Part shown: positions 1-13,325 of the stretch, in pieces | Layout of the letters: the number at the start of each line of letters is the position of its first letter | How positions within the stretch are numbered: the stretch's first letter is position 1 | Translations under genes and position numbers: made by a program | The notes under the pieces: generated by a model | The model's database searches: none | Seen by the model: the letters and a program-made list of their open reading frames with translations, nothing else | What the model was told of the DNA's origin: nothing | Source: Octopus bimaculoides | Lineage: Eukaryota | Length of the DNA: 43,446 nt | NCBI RefSeq assembly: GCF_001194135.2 | Contig: NC_068992.1 | Coordinates: 9,107,519-9,150,964 of the forward strand | Reading direction: 5' to 3'

Positions 1-233
1 GGCACATAAAAGACACCATCTCGAGCGTGGCCGTTTTCGTGCGGGTGACACGTAAAAGCACCCACTACACTCTCTGAGTGGTTGGCGTTAGGAAGGGCAT
101 CCAGCTGTAGAAACTCTGCCAAATCAGATTGGAGCCTGGTGTTGCCATCCGGTTTCACCAGTCCTCAGTCAAATCGTCCAACCCATGCTAGTATGGAAGG
201 CGGACGTTAAACGATGATGATGATGATGATGAT
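1..233 (+). mobile_element. 3' UTR/tail of RTE-type LINE (or its SINE partner) ending in (GAT)n
   Basis: Near-identical to 30710-30858 and, reversed, to 36122-36257 and 39730-39790. At 30026 the same tail follows RTE-like coding sequence. Ends gttaaac(gat)n. Confidence 0.8.
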
Positions 234-356
234 TACATATACATTGCATATATAATGTATACACTGCATACATATTACATATATAATGCACATATATATA
301 TATATATTACATATATATATAGATATATATATATATATATATATTACATATATAAT
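234..356. repeat. Degenerate (TA)n microsatellite
   Basis: Visible directly. Confidence 0.9.
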
Positions 357-844
357 GTAAAAGCGTCCTGCTGTCTTTGATAGTCAGTATAATAAAAATA
401 AGATTTATTCTTTCTGTGTAGCCCAGTATCAAATGATCTGCATAGTCGGGGATCCTTGCTTTAATCAATTTCTATGGTGCTTATAATGTCAGTAGCCATA
501 GCTGGTATGATACTGAAAGATATGAGGCTAATTATTTTGATAGATAAGTAGCTCTTATAACGAATGTCTGTCAGCCATAAACATGATCGTAAAGGGAGAA
601 ATATCTAGCCTTTTTAGAATTTGTAATAAAAATTTGATATTCTGATAGCAATGCAAATCACATGAAGAACTGAGTGAGTTAACTTCCACATCCAATATCA
701 GTAAATTGAGTAACAATAACACACAGTGGTTAGTTTTATTTAGTTGTACTTCTCTTTCTCTTACTTCAAAATTGGCTTTGTGCCTAGCCCAAAGATTTAA
801 ATATAAGGAAATTGGAGTTAGCCAATTGGCAGAGAACCAAAACC

Positions 845-1341
<497 letters not shown>

Positions 1342-1343
<2 letters not shown>

Positions 1344-1995
1344 GTGGCAAGCTGGCAGAATCGTTAGCACGCCGGACAAAGTGCTTATTGGCATTTTTTC
1401 CAGCTCTTTACACTTTGTGTCCAAATACTGTCGAAGTCAACTTTGCCTTTCATCTTTCCGGGGTCAATAAAATAAACTATCTGTCAAGTAATGGGAGTTG
1501 CTGTAACTGACTATACCCTTCCACTAAAATTGCTGACCTCGTGTCAAAATTTGGAACAATTATTAAGGCAGTGAGCTGGCAGAATCATTAACACAGCTGT
1601 TAAAATGCCTAGCAGCATTTCTCATGACCCTTTATGCTTTGAAGTTCAAATCCCACTGAGGTCGACTTTACTTTTCATTTTTTTTTTTAGGGCAATAAAG
1701 TCAGGTACTAGTAGTCAAGTACTGGGGTTGATGTAATCAATCAGCCCCTCCCCTTTAAACTTCTGGCCTTGTGCTAAAATTAGAAACCATCATCATCATC
1801 ACTATGGTGGATTGACAATATAATCAGTATCAGAAAAAATGTCTTGCAGTATTTAGTTACAGTCCTTTACATGCTGAGTTCACATTCAACTAAAGTCAAC
1901 TCTGCCTTTCATTCTTCCTGGGTTGATAAAGCACTGAGATTGAGCTAACTGTCCACACTCCTCCTTCAAATACATAACCTTTTGTCTGTTAGAAA
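1342..1995 (+). mobile_element. Three head-to-tail copies of SINE family C (head aaggcggcgagctggcagaa..gttcaaat..)
   Basis: Units begin near 1342, 1565 and 1805 (third is degenerate). They share gctggcagaa, gagttcaaat and gtcgactttgcctttcat, and the first two have ATT/CAT tails. Confidence 0.7.
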
Positions 1996-2031
1996 ATCAG
2001 TGTTGTCTTATATAAGCTTCATGACTTTATA

Positions 2032-2254
2032 CAGGGTTGGTCAAAAGTCACCTGACAGTAAATCAAACCCATTTTAGTTCCAAGATTTATTTATGTTTAA
2101 CAATTGGATGTATTTAATAACAGCGTCTAAATATGAAACTTCATGAAAATTGTTCAAACTGAAGTCCTTCTTGAGTGACACATTTTTCCATTTGAGTCAA
2201 TACAGAATTACAAATAGTATTTATGGAATTTTGAGTGTCATTTGGCCAACCCTG
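2032..2254. mobile_element. Tc1/mariner-type MITE
   Basis: TA target on both sides. TIRs CAGGGTTGGTCAAAAGTCAC and CAGGGTTGGCCAAATGACAC (reverse complement of the right end), 17/20 identical. Confidence 0.8.
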
Positions 2255-4553
2255 TATGATCTTCAATTCTACGAAGGCTGTTTTCTGCTTGCATATGGTT
2301 AGTATTTATAAAATATCAAAATAATAAGATTATGTTGTTCATCAATAGCTTCCAGTTTTATAAACATTTGTGTTGGGTATAGATAAAAAGAATCTTAATT
2401 AGTAATTATTGTCATTTTCTCCCTGACTAGCTCAGTTTTTAAAAAGTTTAGTCACAAATATTCAAGCCATAACATTTTTGACTTCACATATAAATATGAA
2501 CTTCTTTATCTGTGTTATTTAAGGAAATTTGGCTGCTATTTCTAGTATATCAAGTGAGTACATTGACTCCTCATCAGTTTTGAGAGTCCTCATAACATTA
2601 ATTAGTAATCTTAAAGCCAGTTTTGATTTCTATTTTGTATTGCCTCAGAGAAGCATTAATTGAAACTGAAACAATTAAAAAAAAAAGGGACATTCTGTGG
2701 TATTTTGATAAGCTTTTAGTCACCCTTAGAATAAGAAAATATATGGTTTTATGAAATTCATAAGCAGAGAGATGAACAGCTATCACTGAATAAAAGCAAC
2801 TTCATGTCCCCTTGTGGAAATGACAAAACAATTGACATAATGCCATTTGATGTTGCTTGACCACACCAAATTAATATAAGGTATGAATACTAGAATTTGT
2901 TTTCCTAACTTCTAAGTAGGGATTTATCATATGGTATAAAACATGTATAGAGGAGGTAAATTTTTGAAATGTCGTAATTTCTATGTTAAAGGACTTGTCG
3001 TTATTTCATACTTACTAATAAATAAAATTTCTTGAATTTTCTCATAGCCATCCATATCAGCAAATTCATAAAATCTCTTTTTCAGAAGTCATCATGCACC
3101 TTTCTATTTTTGTCAAATGAATTACTCTTAAAACTACACTTTTTTTTTTTTATGGAAAAAAAACTTATTCTGAGGCTAAAGACCTGATCAGAATGCTTGC
3201 AACAGTATGGATTACCCATATATCTATCTGTTTATCTACTAAAGGCACCTATGGACCAAGTGGTTGTGTTAACCTGGACGATGGATTGTGCCTACCACCT
3301 TGTAACAATAATGGCCTCTCCAGTAGGCTGCCATAAAGTTTCTGTTTTTCAAATTCTATTCAAGGCTTTGATTGATCTGGCATTATGGCTGAAGACACTA
3401 GCTGAGTTGCAACACAGTGGGATTGAACCTGAAACTACATGATTGTGAAACAAACACCTTAACCATACAGCCATATTTGCATCCACACTTTGGTCAGCCC
3501 TGGGCTTTAGTAAAATATACTTAACCAAGGTGTCACACAAACTTTTTAATCACTTGTCTATGCCCGTGTCCATAATTCAATAACTAAATCACTATAGCTG
3601 TAAAGATTTTCAATTCATATCTACATAACATTATAATCACTTCATAACTGACATAGATTTATTTACACACTACTATCATTTTTGTCGTGTTCTTTCATGT
3701 GTGTGTGTGAAAGAGAAAGAGAGCAAGAATTGTCATTGGCAATCTCTGAATGGTCTACAGAAATCTTCACATTATCATTTTGCAGGAATCACAATGTGCC
3801 TGGTAGTTACAGTTTTCTCCAAATTACTGTATTTGATGGCATAAAAGATGCATTGGCATACTAGATACACCCCAATTTCAGCAGCACATATTAAGGAAAA
3901 AAAATTTTGATGCATTAAAACACCTGATATTTAAGGTGATCTTGCATATAGGACCTGGGACAAATTCGCAAAACACTTTTTGGGGAGATACAGTGTGTCT
4001 TATATCCCTTCAAATACAGTATGTATAGAAATATATAATATATATATATATTCCCATAATGGTGGGAAGAGAGAAAAGATGTCTTGGTGACATATAAAAC
4101 TGAGTTCATAAAAAAATATTTTAGAAAAACACAATTTTCTCATTTGACATACTTTTATTTGGTGTTTTTGATTTCTACTTTAGTTTTCAGAAATCAAAAC
4201 CTAATTTTTAAATGTTTAATAACTTTTTTAATTAGTTATATAAAATATGCTTTAGGAATCATAATTTACATTGGAAATACAACCAAAACAGTTTGTTTTC
4301 TCGTTCCTCTAAAACTCTTGGGTTTATAACTGAATAAAAAAAATAAAAAAAATACACTACTAACATCATACATTAAGAAAAATGCAGTTGATGTATTTCT
4401 TAGTCATAATCCATGACATTCCATAATTCCAAGATATTGAAACGCTTCTTTGATAGCGATTTTTCAATATTTAGACTATTTTGCTCAAAAAATTTTCACC
4501 AAAATACTCTGTATTTCATCTTTATTCACAAAGAAAATATTTCACATATTTAA

Positions 4554-4749
4554 CCCTTTAGCATTCAGACTATTATGTCAAATGTAATGCTTATTTTTTC
4601 ACATTGTTTTGAAATTAATCATGCATTATTATCTCATATCTTCAAAATTTTAATGATGTAATTATTGCAGGGTGTTTGTGAAAGGCCAGTTTGAACATAA
4701 AACAAGTAGAATTTTTAGGCCAGATGCAGCTGATTTAAATGCTGAAGGG
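4554..4749. mobile_element. TTAA-flanked (piggyBac-like) MITE
   Basis: TTAA|CCCTTTAGCATT ... AATGCTGAAGGG|TTAA. A related end occurs in reverse at ~7570-7615. Confidence 0.7.
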
Positions 4750-7700
4750 TTAAATACAAAATTTCCTGAAATGTTGAGACAACATTGTTTGAAATGTTTA
4801 TCAATTAAAATTGACCCTTTAAATGTTTTGTCTTTTTTCTTGTCAAGGGGTTTGTGTTCATCAAAAAAAAAAAAAACTTACATTTATACAAAATATATTG
4901 ATTTTCTTAATTCAATCTGTTTTCAGTTTTTTTTATTCGATTAAAGATTTTTGTTTTTAAATGTATGTCAGTAATAAAGTGTATTGTAGCCTTAAATTAT
5001 TGGGCCGGCATGGAATACTATATTTTCATACAGTAATTTAATTCAGAGTACCCTTGATGGATTTTGCAAATGTTCTCTCCCTACTACTGCAAAGATGAAA
5101 TAACCCTGCTAGCTAATGTAATACATTTCTCAGGCACTGTGACTCTTGCTGTTTACAGTTAAGGGTGGGAATAACTGTACCTCCCTATCATCCCTTTTTC
5201 AAGATACTTGGACCCATCCATTGAATAAGCTAAGCATATTTATCTAGATTACAGTGCAGTATTGTTACTATTCAGGTAAAAAAACAAACTGTTGACCCAT
5301 CTGACCATTAACAGACATTCTCTCAACCTAACCTGCTGGTCTTATTAACACTAACATGTACTGATCATGTCTAATAATTTTGTGACCTGTCAGCTGACCT
5401 TTTATAAGCACTATAATTTTATTTCACAGATGTGGTGCCTCAGCGTGGCCAGTCTTTTGTTTCTGCTCTAAAACTACATAAAAACACCTTTAAAAAGTGC
5501 CAAAACTATAAAATCTGTTAACTTCAATTCAGTTGAAGTTAACGGAAATTAATTAGTTCAATAATGATTTCGAAAGTTAATTTAAAAGTTAAATCGTTAA
5601 CGAAAATGTTAACTTCGTTAAGTAATGATTTCATGCCCAGGTTTGCAGAATACATATATATACATATTCCTGGAATTAAGTGGTGAAATACAAAGTAATT
5701 TTATAGCCTTATCAAGTTTTAACATCTCCTTTTCACTTTTATATCTAAAACCATAGTAAAATAAAGAAATAAGCTAGCCACACATAAATAAATTCACTTC
5801 GTTTCTGACCACACTTGTGGAAAGACCCTGAAGTAAGGCATAGCAGAATATTGCCAGTTGCATATGTCACTGCACATCCTTTGTGCAGTAGAAACATGTG
5901 TCAGTCATTTCAACCATTTATACTGTGTAATTAACTGTCAGTCCTTTTAAGCAATTACATTGTGCAATTAACTGTTAAAATAAAAAGAAAAATTTGAAGA
6001 TGTACCAGTCTCCATATTCAAAGAATACAGAGACTGGTACACTCTTCTAATTGTTTAAATTATATATATATATATATGCACATATATATATTATTTCAAA
6101 GGTGTATATACCATGCAAGTGATAAAACACAGTATCCTTTCAAAAACACACAAAAGATTCTTAACTTCACTTAAACAGTCATTGTTTGTAATATGGTGTC
6201 AAAATTTTCATTGCTCACAATTGCAACATGGTCTCTGACAATATTACATTGCATCTAACCTTTCACCTTATTAGGTGATACACACACACACACACATATG
6301 TATATATAGTTTGCAAGGTTCTGGGACTATGTTCTCCATTTTTTTTTTTTTTTTTTTTTTTTGCATAGGTCAGTTATTCTGATATATGTGTGGGTCTGTA
6401 TATAATATATGTATATGTATATACACCTGCACATGGTAGCTTCTGTACAATTTGTGTTCACCATCTGTCAATCTGAAGCTATGATAGAAAACAATTGCCC
6501 AAGGTACCAAACACTGATACTAAACTCAGAATTATGTGGTTGTAGAGGGAACTTCTTAACCACACAGCCATGCCTGTGCCCATTATTCGGTAACGCATAT
6601 TACTGGTATTGTTCAATATGTCCCAATGTGTTATTTTAGAAACAAAACTTCAATCTTTTTTCATCTATTTCTATTTCAGTCTGGTGCATTTATATGATTT
6701 AATAATTATGATTATGTCTTTCATTATATACTAAACAAAATAATTTGTCTGGCAATCATGAATGAATGGATACACCTAGCAATACAAATGATGAAACTTC
6801 ATACAAATCTTCTCATACATTTTGTAACGATGAGCAATTTTGTCCATTTTCTTTTTATTTCAAATAAATATTTAAGTAAATATATCTGTGATGCTTTTGT
6901 TGTTGTTCTATAAGTTTAAATGTATTAATACTAATTAATATATTCATCACCCTAATCATTTAACATCCATGGGTTGGACCAGTTTGACTGATTTGTTGGG
7001 TCCAAAGACCGTCTTGTGCTTAAGTATCTACTCTGGCATGGTTTCTATGTTTGGATGCCCTTCCTAATGCCAACCACTTCATGATGTGTACTGCATGCTT
7101 TTCTCATGCCACCAGCACTAAGGAGGTTGCCATGCAGCTCTCAAGCCTGCAAATCCTAAGTGGAGGGGATTTATGCTTGCAGACAAGGGCTAAGACAGAG
7201 CAGGTTCTTGTAAGGGAGCTACATGGCTACTCACACTGATTTCAACTTTGCTGATAGCATCACACTTTTCTCACAATCACAATTGCTCAAACTCTCTTCG
7301 GAAATCTCGAGTCAGCTGCTTTTGAAGTTGGTCTCTCAATAAACTGACTGAAAACAAAAACTATAATCATTGGCGAAAATACTGGTGTAAGTAATCTTAC
7401 ACTTTCATTAAGGGCCCATTGAGTCAGTTGCTGATCTCTACCACTCAGACTGTTGTATTTGCTCTACCAGCATAGACATTAACATTCATTAAGTGATAAC
7501 ATGGTCGGCATCTCACAAGTTATAAAAAATTTGGAAAGCACCACATGCATGTTTAATTCAAAGCAATGTGAATAAGCTTCACATTTAACAGAATAATCTG
7601 AATGCTAAAGAGTTAAGCAATTTTATGCTACAGTTGAAGAAACTTGGTCCAAGTTATGGCATACTGAGATCTGACACAAAACCCTATAGTTACGAAGCAA

Positions 7701-8307
7701 ACTTCTGAACCACAGAGCCATGCATGAACATGTCAGGCTATAGCAGCTGATATGAAATACAGATATTTGTCACAAACTTTGCAATGAGTTGAAATGAAGC
7801 TGTTATCTCTCTTTCTCTTTCCATTCTAAGAACATCACTGTTAATTTTTCATAGCTAAAACTAAAATAAAAAAAAAACTAGTCACCTTCAACCCACTTAA
7901 AAGCAGCATCTTAGACATAGAAGAGAAAAAAAAAACCCAAACTTTGTCATGGTGAATAATGATATGGTAAGTGAAGTAGCATTAATGAGAACCTTCTGAC
8001 CAACTGCTGTGTCTTTTATATTATGACTGACAGAGGAAGAAGGAAGAAAGGAAAAAAAGAAAGAAGGAAAGGAAACTAAGAAAACGTGAGCAAGAGTTGA
8101 GATGTGTCACTAACATAACTGAAAAAAGCAGTATGTCTAAAGAATTTGCATTTAGTAATTGAAATAAGTAGTTCCATATTGGCCAGTCACTAATGTTGCT
8201 ACTCTTGTAATCTTTCATCATAATTGAAGTACTGACCAAGTAAGTGGCTGAGGATGAAATAAGAAATATTTGTTTCAGATATCATCATCATCATCATCAT
8301 TATTATT

Positions 8308-8527
8308 AAGGCAATGAGATGGCAAAATTGTTAGCACGTACAATAAGATGCTTGGCAACATTTCTTGCAGTTTTGCATTCTGTGTTCAAATGACACTATG
8401 TTCAACTTGGCTTTTTTTTATTCTTTTAAAGTTGATGAAATAAGTGCCATTTGAACACTGGAGTCGATGTAATCAACTGACTCCCTTGCCACAAATTTCA
8501 GGTCTTATGTCTATTGTAGAAAGACTC

Positions 8528-8562
<35 letters not shown>

Positions 8563-8790
8563 CATTATTAAGACAGCAACCTGGCAGAATTGTTAGTACA
8601 ATGAACAAAGTGCTTAGCAGCATTTCTTCTAGTTTTATGTTCGGAGTTCATATTCTACCAAGGTTGACTTCACCTTTCTTCCTTTCAGTATTAATAAAAT
8701 AAATACCAGCTGAACACTGAGGTCAATGTGATCCACTAGACCCTCCCCAAAGTATGATCCTTCCTGTCTGTTTGATTCCAGGTTTGTGAA
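8308..8790 (+). mobile_element. Two tandem SINE family C copies separated by (ATT)n
   Basis: Heads at 8308 and ~8569; same internal motifs as 1342-1800. Confidence 0.75.
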
Positions 8791-8794
8791 GAAA

Positions 8795-9030
8795 GCCGAT
8801 GAAAAGTTACAAAACACAACCCTTAAAATTTGAGATTGTAAGGATTTGAGATATGAAATCTGTAAATGATGTAACTGTAATGGCTGATGCATAAGAGACT
8901 GTGAGTAATGACATGGACAAATGGTTAAAGGAGATTGGAATGGAATGTCCTGGAGAGCTTCTACAGAAAGTTTGCCTCTTAGGAATAGGAAAAATCATCA
9001 GCAGAAGGGTTTTGAACACTTGATGGTTTA
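8795..9030 (+). mobile_element. R4/Dong-like non-LTR retrotransposon, degenerate 3' end (RLE domain C-terminus)
   Basis: Translates with stops to KVTKHNPLKFEIVRI*DMKSV..ETVSNDMDKWLKEIGMECPGELLQKVCLLGIGKIISRRVLNT*, matching the typical R4-clade end (K.KY..L..EI.RLW..LQK..LLGT..I.R.VL). Confidence 0.65.
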
Positions 9031-9244
9031 TTGGAATAAAGTGGATATTTAAGGTTACAGGGAGAATTTGAACTCAGAATGTAAAAATGGATGAAATGCC
9101 GCTAAGCATGGTTTGGGGTTCAGTCTCACTGCATGACACCTAGGGCGAGTGTCTTCTATAGCCTCAAGCCAATCAAAGACTTGTGAGTGGATTTGGCAGG
9201 TGGAAGTTAAAAGAAGCATGCGTGTGTGTGTGTGATTATGTTTG

Positions 9245-9832
9245 TGTTTGTAGGGGACGTATGGCCTGTGGTCCCAGCCTTGGATGAACCTTGAAACTAA
9301 TGTTCAGGTCGTTTGGGCAATACTGGTGGTATATTTTCCACATCGTACAGATGATGTACCGCTTGCGGTAGCACTGGAGAGAGTAGAGCTTCAAGGCTTT
9401 AAGGCGGTCCCAGTAATCAAGATCTGTTATGCCTTCAATTCATTTAGTGAGTGCCCTCTGGGGTGATTCAGTTTTCGAGATGTTTTGTTTTGTATGGAGA
9501 GACCACAAGGGGCAGCAGTATTCGAGGTGTGGCCATACAAAGGAGGAGAAAAGCGGAATGATGACACCTTGTTCTCTGGACCGGAAGGTTCTTAAGATCC
9601 AGGAGTTCATCCTACGAGCTATATTGACCTTACTGTTGATGTGGGCTCTCCAATTGAGATTGTTGTCAACAATTACACCCAGATCTCTGATATTATTAGA
9701 TGCTGTGAGCGGTTCCCCTGAAGGAAGAGAGTATGGCTGTTTTAGTATAGACTTTCTTCCAAAATGCATCAGCTCAAATTTTCCCTCATTCAGTTTCATT
9801 TTGTTTCTGTCTGTCCATATACACAAACACAC
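9245..9832 (-). mobile_element. CR1-clade LINE reverse-transcriptase C-terminal fragment
   Basis: Minus ORF 9440..9862 contains NKMKLNEGKFELMHFG, RDLGVIVDNNLNWRAHI and PHLEYCCPLWS, typical CR1/L2 post-RT motifs. Degenerates towards 9245. Confidence 0.88.
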
Positions 9833-9926
9833 ACACACACACACACACACACAGATGTTCAACTATTTATTGNNNNNNNNNNNNNNNNNNNNNNNNNNNN
9901 NNNNNNNNNNNNNNNNNNNNNNNNNN

Positions 9927-10212
9927 TCCACAGACACGTGTACCCTTAACGAAGTTCTCGGGGATATTCAGCGTGAAACAGTGTGACGAGGCTGACCCTT
10001 TGAATTACAGGCACAACAGAAACAGGAAGTAACGGTGAGAGAAAGTTGTGGTGAAAGAGTACAGCAGGGTTCGCCACCATCACCTGCCGGAGCCTCGTGG
10101 AGCTTTTAGGTGTCTTCGCTCAATAAACACTCACAACGCCCAGTCTGGGAATCGAAACCGCGATCCTATGACCGCGAGTCCGCTGCCCTAACCACTGGGC
10201 CATTGCGCCTCC
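9927..10212 (-). mobile_element. tRNA-derived SINE family A copy (3' part lost in assembly gap)
   Basis: Reverse complement of 37749-38040, with A box TGGCCCAGTGG and B box GGTTTCGATTCCC. Confidence 0.88.
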
Positions 10213-10699
10213 ACGCTCAACTATTATCCCCTTCCAATCTTTTTCTTTCATTTTGTTCTCTTCTCAGAAATCTTATCCCATTGCATTTTTTTGTTTGCTT
10301 GTCTTTTTTTTCTCTCTAACCACCTCCCCTGTCATTATGAGACAATTATTAGCAGGAGAATGCGGCAACCATATCTTACTGCCCGACAGACACACTGACG
10401 GACGGACGGACGGACGGACTGAAAGCACAAATACCAAAACTATAGCAACTAGTGACCACTGCCACTTAAACAGCATTAATCACTGACAATAGTAACTTAC
10501 ACAGAAAAAAATTCAGTTGCTTTTTTGGCTTGACAACGCATATCCACGCCCCTTCCACCCCCTTTAACATCATTCACCCTCCTTGCAAATCTCTCGCTTT
10601 TTCTCTCTCACTGTCTTTCTCTCTATCGCCATCTATGTCAACCTCTGTCCTCTCTCTTTCACTCAAACTCTCACTTCCATCCCTCCCTTACCACTTGAT

Positions 10700-10708
10700 C
10701 TCTTAACC

Positions 10709-10758
<50 letters not shown>

Positions 10759-10917
10759 CTTCTGTGTATGTGTCTATACACACACATACTCATAGAGAGA
10801 GGGAGATAAAGAGAGAGAGAGAAAGAGAGAAGTTAAGAGATCGTGTGTGTGTGTGTGTGTGTCTATACACACACATACTCATAGAGAGAAGGAGATAAAG
10901 AGAGAGAGGTTAAGAGA

Positions 10918-10960
<43 letters not shown>
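10700..10960. repeat. Compound (CT)n/(GA)n/(GT)n microsatellite with a duplicated unit tgtctatacacacacatactcatagagaga..gttaagagatcg(tg)n
   Basis: Two copies of the unit visible, starting near 10770 and 10860. Confidence 0.8.
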
Positions 10961-12008
10961 CCTTCTACCCTTGTCTCTACTCTTTCTTTCGCCTCTACTT
11001 CACATATTCTATCTTTCTTTCCCACACTTGATTTGGCAGAACCCTGTCACTCTCTTTCTTTCTCCCTCTCTTTCCCTTTGCCTTGTCTCATAAATTCTTG
11101 CCATGCACATTAATTGAAAGAACTACAATTTTGTTTTTACTTTTTGAATTGTTTTGTATTGTTTCTTCCAAAACAAGCTGAAGTGGTCAGAATTTAATTG
11201 TGTTGAAATTATTCAAGATAGATATTTAAGACAAAAATTAGAAGAAGGAGAAAGAATTTTTTTTTTTACCCCCTAATAACATGTTATTCAAAAATAATGA
11301 TGACACATTTTTGAGTGAACTGGTGGCCAACTTTCAAAAACTTAACGCTTACTACAAACTATCTTTCACGATAATTTCCAAAAACACAGGAACAAACTGG
11401 AAATTACTGCATGTAAGTTCTCAAACTTTTAACATAAATCTTAACCAAGTTTGTAAATATTGTTTTTAAGTTTGTTTCATTTTCACACATTCATTATAAA
11501 CCTTATCTTTGTGGGTGGAGAGGGAGGTGTTGCCTTCTTGCAAATATGAAAACTTTGTGTATGTGTCCAAACTGGTGCATGTGAGAAGGCTAGTGGTTGG
11601 ATTTTGTCTAGAAATCACAGTCGAGAGGAAGAAGCAACTGCTCGGAATGCAGGATGGTTGGGGATCTTGGTATTACATGATTCTGTTTAGGTGGCATTTC
11701 CCACCCTACAGTGGGTATCTCTGTTTTCTTTTGTTATATATTTGTAATGTTTTCCATATTTATATTGTATTTTTGCTCCTTCCATGATTATTGTATATGT
11801 AATGTACACTCCAATGCATTTTGATTATATGCGTGAGGGCTTCTGTAACCAAAGAAGGAGGTATTGCCATAATGTTTTTTTTTTTTTTTTTTGAGCTGGA
11901 CGGATCATTAGTGCATCAGATAAAATGGTAAATAGCATCTCTTTGGTTCTGCCGAGGTCAACTTTGCTTCTTATCCTTGAACAAGATAGGTTCTGGGGTT
12001 GATTTTAT

Positions 12009-12150
12009 CCAGTGGTTCTCAACCATTTTTTTGCCTATGGACACCTTCAGTTCCTCTTTTACTCTGGTGGACCCCCATAGCCAGTCACTAAATGAAAAAA
12101 AAGTCATACTGTATTTTTATAATTAAATATTATTAGGAATTGTGTAAAAG
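12009..12150 (+). mobile_element. hAT-like element end (CAGTGGTTCTCAACC)
   Basis: Terminus typical of hAT/Charlie TIRs. A homologous copy lies at 37583-37700. Confidence 0.5.
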
Positions 12151-12387
12151 AAGATAATCAGTGCTCTTGAAATAAAGTCCTTTACATTGTTTGTTCTGCA
12201 CTGAGTTGCATAGACATTCCCTAGCCAATCCTGCTGTCAGTAATGTAGTAGAGCAGAGATTAGCTCATTGAAAACTTCTAATCTTCAAAACCAATGTTCA
12301 CCAACTGTGATATAAATAAATAAAATGTTAAGGTTCACGAAAATGTAAATATTTGTCTTTCAATAGTTTGTTTGAGGATTCATTGTT

Positions 12388-12529
12388 AAAAAATCCGTAA
12401 GCACATTTGAATTTCCTTCTATTGTATAACTTCTCCTTACTTGAGAGGAATTAACTTTAAAAAATCCGTAAACACATTTAAATTTCCTTCTATTGTATAA
12501 CTTCTCGCTACTTAAGAGGAATTAACTTT
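12388..12529. repeat. 71-bp tandem duplication
   Basis: aaaaaatccgtaaRcacatttRaatttccttctattgtataacttctc..gaggaattaacttt occurs twice with period 71. Confidence 0.9.
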
Positions 12530-12918
12530 GAATTACATTTAAAGCACTTTCATATTAATATTCCTCTTGGAATTGTAATCTATTCATTCAATCAGGTAAC
12601 CGTTGCTTAGAAATAGTCTAGGTGTTATTGATACAAGAAGTAACCAAATTTGAAGTATGGTGTTAATCTTGTAGGTATTAGTGTCAGCAATAGAACTGAT
12701 ATGAGTTGATAGTATAGAGATCTTAGGAATTCCATTCACAGGAGCTGGACTGTATAGTTTTCTTTATAGAAAAATTGGTGCTTCAAGCGTACTTGAAGCA
12801 GTAGACCAAGAAAGTGCAATTAAAATTATGACTTTAATAACATGAATAGTAAATGTATAAATATCTAACTCTGGTAAAAATAAATAAATAAATAAAATGA
12901 TAAAATTCTTTTAAAAAA

Positions 12919-13103
12919 GCAGGTGTGATTAAGAAGCTTGCTTCCCAACCTCATGGTCTTGGGTTCAGTTCCACTGTGTGGCATATTGGGCAAGTGTCTT
13001 CTACTATAGTCCTGGGGAAATCAAAGCCTTGTGAGTGGATTTGGTAGATGAAAACTGAAAGAAGCCTGTCATATAAANNNNNNNNNNNNNNNNNNNNNNN
13101 NNN

Positions 13104-13140
<37 letters not shown>

Positions 13141-13325
13141 ATCCCTCACCACCACCTGACAACCAGTACTGGTTCATTTCCGTCCTTGTAACTTAGCAAT
13201 TCAGCAAAAGAGGATTGATAGAATAAGTACCAGTCTTAAAAATTAAATACTGGGGTTGATCTGTTTGCCTTAACACCTTAAGACAGTACTCCAGCATGGC
13301 CACAGTAAAAGATAAAAGACAAACA
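12919..13325 (+). mobile_element. SINE family B (head-central microsatellite-tail), includes gap 13078-13103
   Basis: Head gcttgcttcccaacc..gggttcagt..gggcaagtgtcttctactatag..gccttgtgagtggatttggtag; tail ends ccagcatggccacag..aaaaga. Many other copies in the window. Confidence 0.8.

Noticed and set aside
5517-5543. Perfect 11-bp hairpin GTTAACTTCAA-ttcag-TTGAAGTTAAC in a GTTAAC-rich patch
   Set aside because: Probably the subterminal region of a DNA transposon (ends ..catgcccagg). No matching second terminus found and no functional evidence.
6767-6868. Short ORF MDTPSNTNDETSYKSSHTFCNDEQFCPFSFYFK after an acceptor-like site at 6679, resembling a receptor N-terminus
   Set aside because: Ends in a stop with no good donor, and the 7TM exon cannot be extended upstream in frame.
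12388-12529. 71-bp direct repeats as a possible CRISPR-like or regulatory array
   Set aside because: Only two adjacent copies with no spacer, in a eukaryotic context; simple tandem duplication.
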